The position numbers and the translations under genes were made by a program. The notes beneath the pieces were generated by a model. It was not told the origin of the DNA. It saw only the letters and a program-made list of their open reading frames with translations, and did no database searches. DNA of 64,000 nucleotides, taken from assembly GCA_965223265.1 (NCBI GenBank), contig OZ244999.1, positions 4,736,001 through 4,800,000 of the forward strand. The letters are read 5' to 3'. This DNA comes from Planctomycetota bacterium (GTDB taxonomy: Bacteria > Planctomycetota > UBA8108 > SXIK01). This document shows, piece by piece, positions 31,277 through 40,293 of this stretch (positions within the stretch are counted from its first letter, which is position 1; every line of letters begins with the position of its first letter).

Positions 31277-31577
31277 CGCTCTCTCCGTACGGGGACTTGC
31301 GGAGAGAAGTGCACCAACACCGGTCTCTCCGCTCCCCTCTTTACTCGAGGTGAGGCGAGGAGTCGAGCGAAGGTCCAGGGCGCAGCGTCGAACGGGGGGC
31401 GCGGGGTAGGCGGGGTATGATCGGACGGTCGGTTCGGCGGGGTATGCCGGGGCGTTTCCGGGTCAGTGAATCTGAGACTCGTCGCTGCTCACGAGCCAGA
31501 GTTTGTGGGACTCAGCACGAAAGTACTAAAGTCAGTCAGCAGAATCACACCACCGCTTCTCCTGGAGGATACTGATC

Positions 31578-31970
31578 ATGGACCCAAGGTTCATTACCAA
31601 GAAGATGCACGCCTTTCTCGACTACCCGGTGGCCCTCAGTCTCATGGTGCTGCCGTTCGTTCTAGGCCTCGGAACCTCGAGCCCGTCTGCACTGTCGCTC
31701 TCGGTCGTAGCGGGAGTTGCCGCCTTGATCCTAACGCTGCTTACCGATCACGAATTGGGTGCGTTTCGCATTCTGCCGTACCGCGTCCACCTCACAGTAG
31801 ACCTTCTGGTCGGAGTTGTGTTTGTCGCTGCTCCGCTTGCCCTTGGTTTCGAAGGGCTCGACACTTGGTACTACTGGCTAAACGGTGGCGCCGTGCTCGC
31901 CGTCGTCGGGCTGCACCGACCGGATCCGGTGCCGCGTGCCCCAGTTGCGGATGACGCGGCCGCAGCTTGA
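31578..31970 (+). CDS. small membrane protein (SPW-repeat-like)
   Basis: GGAGG RBS; HAFLDY, LLTDHELG, HLTVD, four hydrophobic segments. Confidence 0.75.
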   Translation: MDPRFITKKMHAFLDYPVALSLMVLPFVLGLGTSSPSALSLSVVAGVAALILTLLTDHELGAFRILPYRVHLTVDLLVGVVFVAAPLALGFEGLDTWYYWLNGGAVLAVVGLHRPDPVPRAPVADDAAAA

Positions 31971-32022
31971 CGTGTCGATCGGCAACTTTCGCCAACAGAT
32001 TCAGGCCAAGGAGCATCGAGAA

Positions 32023-32985
32023 ATGAAAGCGGCTCCCCAAACCACCCAGGCAGCGAAGTCTCCAGCGGTGCCAGCCGCTGAGACCTTTGGCGGCACCTGG
32101 CCGTTCAAAGCTCGCTACACAGACGCTCCAGGATTCAAGATGCACTACGTGGACGAAGGAAGAAGAGGCGCAGAGACGCTTCTTCTTCTCCATGGCGAAC
32201 CCACATGGGGCTATCTATTTCGGCAACAGATTCCAATCTGGTCAGAGCACGCGCGCGTTGTGGCTCCTGACCACATGGGATTCGGCAAAAGCGCCGCACC
32301 GCAAGGTCGCACGTACTGGCTTCAAGACCACATCGACAACTTGGAAACGTTTGTTTCGACCCTGGACTTGCAGGACATCACGCTTGTCATGCATGATTTT
32401 GGCGGTCCGACTGGCATGGGGCTGGCAGCGCGACGTCCCGAGCGAATCAAGCGGGTCGTATCGGTGAATGGTCCAACGCCGTTCGGCCAGGCGGATCTCG
32501 TTGAGCGCGTCACTGCGAACGTCGGCGTATCGCCTTGGTTCCAGTGGATTCTGCGCGCCGAGGAGCGAGGCATACTTGAGGACGTGTTGGGACATCTCGA
32601 CTACAACATCCTCTCGACACTCAAGTTGAACGGCTTCGAGCGGAACGAGATCATAAGCGACACGTGGCTCGAGGCCTACCGGGCCCCATTCCCGACTCGT
32701 GCGTGCGCGACGGGTGCCATAAGCTGGGCAAAGGGCTATGCTACCGGTGCGCACGAATTTGAGACACCCGACCCGGCGACGAAAGCGGAGCTTTCTAGGA
32801 GACCCGCGCTGGCAATCTGGGGTGAGGCCGACCGGACACTCAACGCGCAGCACTTTCTACCGCTCTTCCAGGAAGCGTTTCCAAACGGTCAGGTGCATCA
32901 TCTGCCCGGCGTAGGTCACTATAGCCTCGAAGATGCACCTCAAAAGATCGCCCGGCTCGTGGCCGAGTTCGTAGGAACGAACTGA
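32023..32985 (+). CDS. haloalkane dehalogenase-like alpha/beta hydrolase
   Basis: MHYVDEG, HGEPTW, PDHMGFGKS, HDFGG nucleophile elbow, GHYSLED. Confidence 0.85.
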   Translation: MKAAPQTTQAAKSPAVPAAETFGGTWPFKARYTDAPGFKMHYVDEGRRGAETLLLLHGEPTWGYLFRQQIPIWSEHARVVAPDHMGFGKSAAPQGRTYWLQDHIDNLETFVSTLDLQDITLVMHDFGGPTGMGLAARRPERIKRVVSVNGPTPFGQADLVERVTANVGVSPWFQWILRAEERGILEDVLGHLDYNILSTLKLNGFERNEIISDTWLEAYRAPFPTRACATGAISWAKGYATGAHEFETPDPATKAELSRRPALAIWGEADRTLNAQHFLPLFQEAFPNGQVHHLPGVGHYSLEDAPQKIARLVAEFVGTN

Positions 32986-33039
32986 TGGACTCATCCTCTG
33001 CTGTTCGAGCAAAGGCCACCTTCTGAGCATGAAAAGCCC

Positions 33040-34323
33040 ATGGTTCAATCAGGAACTACGCGAGTAGCTGTCGTTGCGGGAGCGAGGACGCCCTTTGTCA
33101 AGGCGGCAACAAGCTTCCGTGAGCACTCAGCTTTGGATCTCAGCGTCCACGCCGTGCGAGGTCTCTTAGAGAAGCACCGAGTGGACCAGGCGTTGATTGA
33201 CGAGCTGGTTTTCGGAATCGTCATCGTCGACCCTAGAGTACCCAACATAGCGCGCGAGATCGTCTTGTCGACCGAGCTAACGTCGAGCATTCCGGCCCAC
33301 ACCATCTCGAACAATTGCATCACCGGCGCTACGGCTGTAGCTTCGATCTACTATTCGATCGTCTCTGGACGGGCCGAGGCTGGGATCGCCGGTGGTGTCG
33401 AATCCATGTCGAATCCGCCCGTCCTCTTCGGCAAAAGTGCGAGTCGCATCTTTCTAGATTCCGCTTCTCGAAAATCCTTCAAAGCACGCCTTCCTCATCT
33501 ACTGAGGTTGCGGCCCTGGCACTTCAAGCCGTCAGCGGTTGCCTTCGCAGAGCCCTCGACTGGACTCACGATGGGAGAGCACACCGAAATGATGGTGAAA
33601 GAGTGGAAGATCTCACGGGAGGAGCAAGATGAGATCTCCTACCGCAGCCACACGAACGCGCACGAGGCGACCGGAGACGGCCGCTTGAAGGCGGAGATCC
33701 ATCCGCTTGACGGCGTCGACCACGACCTTCTGATCCGTCCAAACACCAGCATGGAGCGGCTCGCCAAGCTTCCGCCCGTCTTCGACCGTAGCGAAGCCGG
33801 CACCATCACCGCTGGAAACTCGAGCCCACTCACCGATGGTGCTGCAGCCGTACTTCTCATGTCAGAGGATCGCGCCAAGAGCGAAGGGCGGCAGCCATTG
33901 GCTTTCATAAAGGACTTCGAGTATGCCGCGGTGGATCCAGGTTACGGTCTCCTCATGGCTCCTGGAGTCGCCGTTCCCAGACTGCTTCGAAGGACAGGTA
34001 TCAAGCTCTCTGACATCGACATAGTCGAGATGCATGAAGCGTTCGGTGGGCAGGTGGCGTGTAACCTGAAGGCGTGGAAACAAGGGTGGAAGGAGGAGCC
34101 GATCGGCACAGTGGACGGTGAAAAGCTCAATCCACTCGGCAGCTCGATCGCGGTCGGTCACCCGTTCGCTGCTACTGGCGCGAGAATCGTCACCACGCTT
34201 GCGAACGAGATGAAAAGACGCGACGTCCGGCTCGGCTTGATCAGCATCTGTGGCGCAGGCGGAACGGCGATCGCAATGCTTCTCGAACGGGACGGATCAT
34301 CTAAGGAAGGAGACAACCAGTGA
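33040..34323 (+). CDS. acetyl-CoA C-acyltransferase (thiolase, FadI-like)
   Basis: RTPFVK, NNCITG, AGNSSPLTDGA, HEAF, GHPFAATG, ICGAGG. Confidence 0.92.
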   Translation: MVQSGTTRVAVVAGARTPFVKAATSFREHSALDLSVHAVRGLLEKHRVDQALIDELVFGIVIVDPRVPNIAREIVLSTELTSSIPAHTISNNCITGATAVASIYYSIVSGRAEAGIAGGVESMSNPPVLFGKSASRIFLDSASRKSFKARLPHLLRLRPWHFKPSAVAFAEPSTGLTMGEHTEMMVKEWKISREEQDEISYRSHTNAHEATGDGRLKAEIHPLDGVDHDLLIRPNTSMERLAKLPPVFDRSEAGTITAGNSSPLTDGAAAVLLMSEDRAKSEGRQPLAFIKDFEYAAVDPGYGLLMAPGVAVPRLLRRTGIKLSDIDIVEMHEAFGGQVACNLKAWKQGWKEEPIGTVDGEKLNPLGSSIAVGHPFAATGARIVTTLANEMKRRDVRLGLISICGAGGTAIAMLLERDGSSKEGDNQ

Positions 34324-34748
34324 CGCTCCAGGAACGAATAGATCTGTTTCTTGCAGGAACGCCTCATGCTGTCGTAGGCGCTTCACGCGAACGCAGCAAG
34401 TACGGTAACAAGGTCCTTCGGGCGTATCTTCAGAACGAACGTGACGTCTATCCAGTGAATCCGAACGCGAAGGAGGTAGAAGGGCTCGAGGCTTTTCCCG
34501 ACCTCGCCTCGGTGCCGCAACCTGTTCACGGGATCTCCGTGATTACCCAGCCCAACGTCACGGAGAGGATCGTAGAAGAAGCCGCCGAGTTAGGGGTTAA
34601 GAACATTTGGATGCAGCCGGGCGCCGAGAGCGAGACGGCCGTGAAGCGGGCAGAGGAGCTAGGGATGAACGTCATCGCCGGCGGCCCGTGCGCTCTGGTC
34701 ACGCTGCGGTATCGCGAGGACGGACGAACGAGTAGTGAAATCGGGTGA
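34320..34748 (+). CDS. CoA-binding protein
   Basis: AVVGAS, KYGNKV, YPVNP, WMQPGAES; GTGA overlap. Confidence 0.88.
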   Translation: MTLQERIDLFLAGTPHAVVGASRERSKYGNKVLRAYLQNERDVYPVNPNAKEVEGLEAFPDLASVPQPVHGISVITQPNVTERIVEEAAELGVKNIWMQPGAESETAVKRAEELGMNVIAGGPCALVTLRYREDGRTSSEIG

Positions 34749-34765
34749 CTGAAAGGAGTTCTGCC

Positions 34766-35578
34766 GTGGCACAAGACCTCAACGCCATCGTCCTTCAGCA
34801 CATCGAAGTCTCTCCGGGCCTCGGGATCCTGCGAGTCGTTCCAGACGGCTGGGAGTTGCCCGATTTCACCGCCGGTCAGTTCGCAGTTCTGGGTCTTCCA
34901 GGTAGTGCCCCTCGCTGCAGCGTTTGCGATCCCGAGGAGGAGCCCCGCGATCCTCACAAGCTCATCAAGCGAGCGTATTCGATCGCCTCGTCGTCGGTCG
35001 CGAAGGAGTTCCTGGAGCTCTACATCGTGCTTTTGCCCTCAGGAGCGCTGACGCCGCGGCTCTTTAGCCTCAGAGCAGGAGACCGGATCTGGCTGTCGCC
35101 GAAGTTCAGCGGCCTCTTCACGCTCGACGACGCTCCGGAGGACAAGCACATCGTGCTCGTCTCGACAGGCACGGGGCTGGCTCCGTACATGAGCATGCTT
35201 CGAACGCAGCTCGTCTGCGGAAGTCAGCGTCGATTCGCCGTCTTGCATGGCGCTCGTCATTCCTGGGATCTGGGCTACCGGAGTGAACTGATGACCTTGC
35301 GGAGATTGTGCTCGAACTTCACTTACGTGCCCAGCATCAGTCGTCCAAAGGAGGAGGTCGCCACGTGGAGTGGAGAGACAGGCTACATCCAAGACCTCTG
35401 GAAACGGATGCCGTTGAAACAGAGCTGGGGATTTCGCCCCTCACCTGACGACACGCATGTCTTCGTCTGCGGCAATCCCGGGATGATCGAAGACATGGTG
35501 AGGATCCTTCAAGACGAGGGTTTCACGGAACACAAGAAAAACGCGCCGGGAGAGATCCACGTGGAGAGGTACTGGTAA
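34766..35578 (+). CDS. ferredoxin/flavodoxin-NADP+ reductase
   Basis: RAYSIAS, TGTGLAPY, HGAR, CGNPGM, C-terminal YW; AAGGAG RBS before GTG. Confidence 0.9.
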   Translation: MAQDLNAIVLQHIEVSPGLGILRVVPDGWELPDFTAGQFAVLGLPGSAPRCSVCDPEEEPRDPHKLIKRAYSIASSSVAKEFLELYIVLLPSGALTPRLFSLRAGDRIWLSPKFSGLFTLDDAPEDKHIVLVSTGTGLAPYMSMLRTQLVCGSQRRFAVLHGARHSWDLGYRSELMTLRRLCSNFTYVPSISRPKEEVATWSGETGYIQDLWKRMPLKQSWGFRPSPDDTHVFVCGNPGMIEDMVRILQDEGFTEHKKNAPGEIHVERYW

Positions 35579-35717
35579 AGAACGCGCTGTCTCGGAGAGA
35601 GCGATCGCGCTTGCTCGAGGGTGCACCTCTACCGGTGGGCGTCGGCTGCATTCGTGTGGAGTTTCCCGATGTCAGCCAGTCTCCCTGAATGCGCCGACGC
35701 AGGCAGCGCTGGCTAGC

Positions 35718-35970
35718 CTCGAGTTTGGCCATTTCGCGTCGAGCCTGGGAACGCCAGGAGCGTCGAGGCCAAGGAGCGACGACAACGCGATCCCGCTGCG
35801 ATCGTGGCGGAGGAGCGACGCAGGCATCGGCGCTCCTGGCGTTCCCCGAAGGGCCGGACAGGAGTTTTTGAACATGCACAAGGGTTCTCAGGGTACTAAA
35901 AAGTCGAAAGGGCCTTTGAATTCCCGCGAAACTCGTCCGGCCAGGCCGGCGCGAAATGGCCAAACTCGAG
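35718..35970. mobile_element. MITE family B with structured interior
   Basis: Perfect 21-bp TIR CTCGAGTTTGGCCATTTCGCG; CTAG flanks (35713-16, 35971-74); internal 16-bp perfect stem 35747-62/35831-46. Confidence 0.75.
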
Positions 35971-35974
35971 CTAG

Positions 35975-36133
35975 CAGCCCGTTGAAAAAGTCATTCGGCT
36001 GAGAAACCGGCCTCTTCACGCCCAGATCAGCCGCGGCGAGCCTCGAAAATCTCGGAGATTACCTGCGTTCGCCGCGGCCGATCTGGACGCGAAGCGACCA
36101 GTTTTCAGCTCGAAGCACTTTTTCAACGGGCTG
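35975..36133. mobile_element. fold-back MITE family A, copy 4 (159 bp)
   Basis: Ends CAGCCCGTTGAAAAAG / CTTTTTCAACGGGCTG; flanks CTAG and CCAG. Confidence 0.86.
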
Positions 36134-36417
36134 CCAGGCTGGAACGGAGCAGTGTCCATGCGAGAAAGTCAAGTTACCGAGCTCTCCCAAATGGTTCCAC
36201 TCTCTTGCTCTGCACGTCGCCCCATGTTGAACCCCAGATCCAAGAATAGATCGACGCCGATCAAACTGGCCGTGCGTGAGTTGATCTCCGCTGAGCGAAT
36301 TCCGCCCTGCGATGTCAGACGCCTCGAAGACATCGAGGCCAACCCGCGAGCGCTGATCGGGGCATCGGCGAAAACCTTCGAGGAGCCGCACGGCCATGAA
36401 GGGTCGAGGCTTCGAGA

Positions 36418-37101
36418 TCACCGCCGCACTCGGCCGGGCGACGCACTGCGCACCGAGCTAAACGCCTCAAAGGCATCTTGCATGGTGCGATCGTTCCCCG
36501 CGGCCACAAACATCAAGGCGCAAATGCTCGCTGCTCCACTCGCCCTTTCGTTCATGACCCATACCACCATCACCACTGAATCTCCGGAACTGAACTCTAC
36601 GACGAATCTGCGAACGGTGGCTGAGGAACACGCCCGCCTGGAGCCCATCCAAAAGACTCCAACGAAATCTTTCCGCGAGCGCTCGGTTTCCTCCGGAGCT
36701 TCTTCTCGAACGCTCGCCCGGCCGAACTGGTCTCGGAGCGTCTGAAGCAACTGATGGCCACTCGGACGCCGCTCCGGTGAGGCTGCGACCATCGCAATCG
36801 CTTCCTCATCGCGTCCAGCGTTCCACAAGTCCACAAATCGGCGCACGACCTCTGCCGGGTCTCTCGACGACCGTGCGTACAGAAAGAGACAGGCAGCGAC
36901 CACAGCGGCCGCGCCAAGGGATAAAGCCACCACGATAGAGAACTTTCTGGACACGGTCGAGTTCACCAAAACGAGGAGCGCGAAGATTCCCCTCCGTCGC
37001 GCACGCTCAGCGGCTGTTCCAGTAGAGCGCCTCAACTCCCCTGAGGGGCGTGAAGACCCAAAACGCCACGGGCGCGATGGCGTTCTTGAACGCGCCCACA
37101 C
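36418..37101 (-). CDS. hypothetical membrane-anchored protein (start uncertain)
   Basis: Hydrophobic segment followed by PAEVVRRFVDLWNAG. Confidence 0.45.
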   Translation of the reverse strand: MWARSRTPSRPWRFGSSRPSGELRRSTGTAAERARRRGIFALLVLVNSTVSRKFSIVVALSLGAAAVVAACLFLYARSSRDPAEVVRRFVDLWNAGRDEEAIAMVAASPERRPSGHQLLQTLRDQFGRASVREEAPEETERSRKDFVGVFWMGSRRACSSATVRRFVVEFSSGDSVVMVVWVMNERASGAASICALMFVAAGNDRTMQDAFEAFSSVRSASPGRVRR

Positions 37102-37291
37102 CGTGGCGGCGAATGTCCGTCCCGGCGATCACTCTGGAAATCAACGGCCGCTGTTTGATTCCTCGCGAGTAAATCTCAGCTCGGACGAGAACGCGATGCC
37201 AACGAAGTGCGGGGTACGTCACGAGATAGCACAGAACGATCAGCGTGACGATAACGCTCGGTCGGCAAAAGAAAGGACGATTCATATTCAT
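37007..37291 (-). CDS. small hypothetical membrane protein
   Basis: GGAGG RBS; N-terminal hydrophobic helix; C-terminal FTPLRGVEALYW. Confidence 0.55.
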   Translation of the reverse strand: MNMNRPFFCRPSVIVTLIVLCYLVTYPALRWHRVLVRAEIYSRGIKQRPLISRVIAGTDIRRHGVGAFKNAIAPVAFWVFTPLRGVEALYWNSR

Positions 37292-38005
37292 GGCGCCTCC
37301 TCACTCTCACGTCCGTCGAGCCGCAGCGCGGGGCGTGACGTGGAAAGGCAGCGCCACGAGCCTCCGTCCGCGCCCCTCGGGTCTAACGTCGGTATACGTC
37401 GTGCAATCTGATGCCGCAAGGGCAAACGCATCGAGTCGATCGACTCGCTCTGTGGAGCGACGCCGCGCGCTCTTGCATGCCACCTGCGGTAGTCGACAAT
37501 GGATGGCCGATCGGCAGCACCCGAAACGATCCGGAATGCATTGGCCTCCTCGGGGTGGTCCGCAGATACTGATTCTACGGCTTGCCGTTGTGAGTCGTCG
37601 ACTGGCTCGGCTCGTGTCGAGCATCAAAGTCATCTCACCCGGGGAAAGAGAGAGCCATGCGAGCAGTGCGATCCTTGGGCGGAGATTAAGATCTCGCGCT
37701 GCGACGGCTGCATAGTCTCCGATCGAACCGCGGCGCAGCTGCTTACCAGCAGTTAGTCGGTCGTGAATGTCGCCGCGCTATCTGCTGGGGCGTCCGGGAC
37801 GAACGGAGGCTCGTCGCGCGGAGCGTGAGACGATCTCTCTTGCGACAGTCTGCTCGGAACTCACGTCGCAGTTCGTCTTCTCGACATGCAAAGAGCCCTT
37901 GATGTTCGCGAGTTCGACGGGTCGTCCCGGGATCGCATTGAGGTCTCTTTGCCTGTGACCTGCCTCCCGAGGCTGTCGTGCTGCCCATTCGAATCCGTAT
38001 ATAAC

Positions 38006-38165
38006 CAGCCCGCCTGAAAAAGTCATTCGGCCGAGAAACTGCCCTCTTCACGCCCCGCTCGACCGCGTCAATACTCAATAATCTCGGAGATTACCTGCGT
38101 TTGCCGCAGCCGATCTGGACGCGAAGAGACCAGTTTTCGGCTCGAAGCACTTTTTCAACGGGCTG
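38006..38165. mobile_element. fold-back MITE family A, copy 5 (160 bp)
   Basis: Same termini and arms; flanks ATAA(C) and ATAA. Confidence 0.86.
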
Positions 38166-38204
38166 ATAATCCACTGCTCGCCCGCGAAACCCACGGAGAT
38201 AAGA

Positions 38205-40016
38205 ATGAACCACCGCACTGCCTGGCCGACGCTCGGCCTCATCGCCCTGGTTGTGATTGCACCTAGTGTCGACGCCGCGCCCGTTGAGATCAGAACGGAA
38301 ATGGCACCGCCCTACTGGGCGCTGCTGGAGCGCCAGCTCATCGCTGCCAATGAACGCGCCGGCAAAGAGTTTTTTGAGAAGTACTTCGATGAACGCGGCT
38401 TTCTGCTTTGCATCGAGCGCTGGGGCGGTGACGACGGCCCCGACGATGCCATCGAGACGCTCATCTACTGGCCCATTCTGCACGTCGCCGGGGCCTCCGA
38501 TTCAATCCTTCACATGTACAAAAAGGCCTGGGAGGGTCACCTGCGGCAGTACACGCTCGCCAAGACCGTGAACGTGCCCTTTGCGAGGGACGGCATGTAC
38601 TACAAGGAGTTCCCCGTCATGATGGACTGGCTCCACAACGGCGAGGGACTTGTCGTTTTCGGGCTGCAAGGGCTTTCGGATCCTTATGACATCGACTTTC
38701 AGAAGCGGGCGCGACGTTACGCTGGCTTCTATCTGAATGAAGACCCTCAAGCGCCCAACTACGATCCCAAGCACAAAATCATCCGCAGCCTGTTCAGCGG
38801 CAGTCGCGGGCCGCTTCTGCGCAAGGCCACCGGACTCGATTGGGCGGGCGATCCGATCGAGGTGGTCGGACGCTTCAAGCTCGGCCATGGTGAAGAGAAC
38901 TACGCGCAGATGATCGAACACTTCAAGGACTACAACGATATCGTCGGCGACCATCCGTCCAACTTGCTGGCGACGGCGCTGGCCTTCAACGCCTACACCA
39001 TCAGCCATGAGCAGAAGTACAAGGACTGGGTGCTGGAGTACGTCGGCGCCTGGCGCGATCGCATGATCGAGAACGGTGATCTCATCCCATCCAACATCGG
39101 CCTCGACGGCACCATCGGCGGTGAGACGGACGGCAAGTGGTATGGCGGGGTGTACGGCTGGGGATTCACCGTCGCCGTGCCGCAGACGGGTGAGCTTGAC
39201 GATCGACAGACATTCGATCGAGGCATTCACGGCTTCACGAACGCCGTCCTACTCACTGGCGATCTGAGTTGGCTCGACCCCTGGCGCCGGCAGCTCGACA
39301 AGGTCAACTCGAACAAAAAGGTCGTCGACGGCAAGACGCTCTATCCGTACAAGTACGGCGACGACGGCTGGTACTCCTACAAGCCGGAGCCCTACCGCGC
39401 CGGCGCCGGAGACATGTACTACATGACGATGCGCGAGGACGATCGCCGTCGCGCCGGCAGCAGCCCCTGGTTCGACTACCTGGAAGGCAAGAACCCGGGC
39501 TATCCCGAGCAGATCCTCAAGGCCGATTTCGCCTTCGTCCGCAGCCGCGTCGCCAAAGTACGCGCCGACGAGACGACTCCGGACACGCGCCTGTCGGACG
39601 ATCCACTGCAGAACGCCACGGCGGCGGCGCGCTCGCTCACCGAGCTCATGATGGGCGGCCTCTACCCGGGCCGGACGGGGATGGTGCTGCACTGCCGCCT
39701 GCGCTACTTCGACCCCATCAAACGGCGTGCTGGAGTGCCGCAGGACGTCGCCGCCTTGGTCGACAAGATGACCGCGGACGACGTGGCGGTGACTTTGGTG
39801 AATCTCAACCAGAGCGATGCCCGCACGCTCGTCGTGCAAGCTGGTGCCTACGCGGAGCACGAATTCGTAGAGCTCACCGACGGCTCTGGCAGGAGGCGCA
39901 TCGACGCGCCACACTTCACCGTCAAGCTGGAGCCCGGTGCCGGTGGTCGACTGCAGATCAAAATGCGCCGCTATGTCCATCAACCGACGATCACCTTTCC
40001 TTGGGATCGACACTAG
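38205..40016 (+). CDS. secreted hypothetical protein (603 aa), possibly an alpha/alpha-toroid enzyme
   Basis: Signal peptide, strong coding bias, motifs DDGPDDA, DWLHNGEG, WYGGVYGW; fold is a guess. Confidence 0.75.
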   Translation: MNHRTAWPTLGLIALVVIAPSVDAAPVEIRTEMAPPYWALLERQLIAANERAGKEFFEKYFDERGFLLCIERWGGDDGPDDAIETLIYWPILHVAGASDSILHMYKKAWEGHLRQYTLAKTVNVPFARDGMYYKEFPVMMDWLHNGEGLVVFGLQGLSDPYDIDFQKRARRYAGFYLNEDPQAPNYDPKHKIIRSLFSGSRGPLLRKATGLDWAGDPIEVVGRFKLGHGEENYAQMIEHFKDYNDIVGDHPSNLLATALAFNAYTISHEQKYKDWVLEYVGAWRDRMIENGDLIPSNIGLDGTIGGETDGKWYGGVYGWGFTVAVPQTGELDDRQTFDRGIHGFTNAVLLTGDLSWLDPWRRQLDKVNSNKKVVDGKTLYPYKYGDDGWYSYKPEPYRAGAGDMYYMTMREDDRRRAGSSPWFDYLEGKNPGYPEQILKADFAFVRSRVAKVRADETTPDTRLSDDPLQNATAAARSLTELMMGGLYPGRTGMVLHCRLRYFDPIKRRAGVPQDVAALVDKMTADDVAVTLVNLNQSDARTLVVQAGAYAEHEFVELTDGSGRRRIDAPHFTVKLEPGAGGRLQIKMRRYVHQPTITFPWDRH

Positions 40017-40293
40017 AAGCGAGATGCGGCGATCGTGTCGGAGGGCGGCACAGCCTTTTGTCGGTCACGAGGATTTCGAATCGAACAACGACTCATTCGT
40101 CCCAACGACGAAGATTTGCGATGTCGAGTGTCCCTGCGGAGTGGCGTGCCGCATTTCGGTTCAAGAGATGGGTCACAACATGTTCCAGAAAAGAGCCCCA
40201 CCTTCCCGTCACTCGCGGCGCGGGACTTCTCGCCGAAGTGCCCCTCAGAGGCTTCCCAAGAATCTCCGCGCCGCGCGCGCTGGTCAGCTGCAG

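Larger units (their letters stand above)
27453..31517 (-). mobile_element. 4,065-bp five-gene DDE transposon with ATPase
   Basis: 26-bp imperfect inverted ends TGCTAAGTCCCACAGTATCTGGCGCG / rc TGCTGAGTCCCACAAACTCTGGCTCG; CGAAAG duplicated at 27447-27452 and 31518-31523. Confidence 0.9.

Noticed and set aside
32023-34323. Hydrolase + thiolase as an oleAB olefin pathway
   Set aside because: The thiolase has FadI-type motifs rather than OleA/KAS III motifs; no oleC or oleD
37381-37387. GTTAGAC on the minus strand upstream of small orphan genes, suggesting integron cassettes
   Set aside because: No matching inverse core site within attC distance and no integron integrase
8474-38165. Repeats as a CRISPR array
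   Set aside because: Dispersed long palindromes with target duplications; no repeat-spacer periodicity and no cas genes
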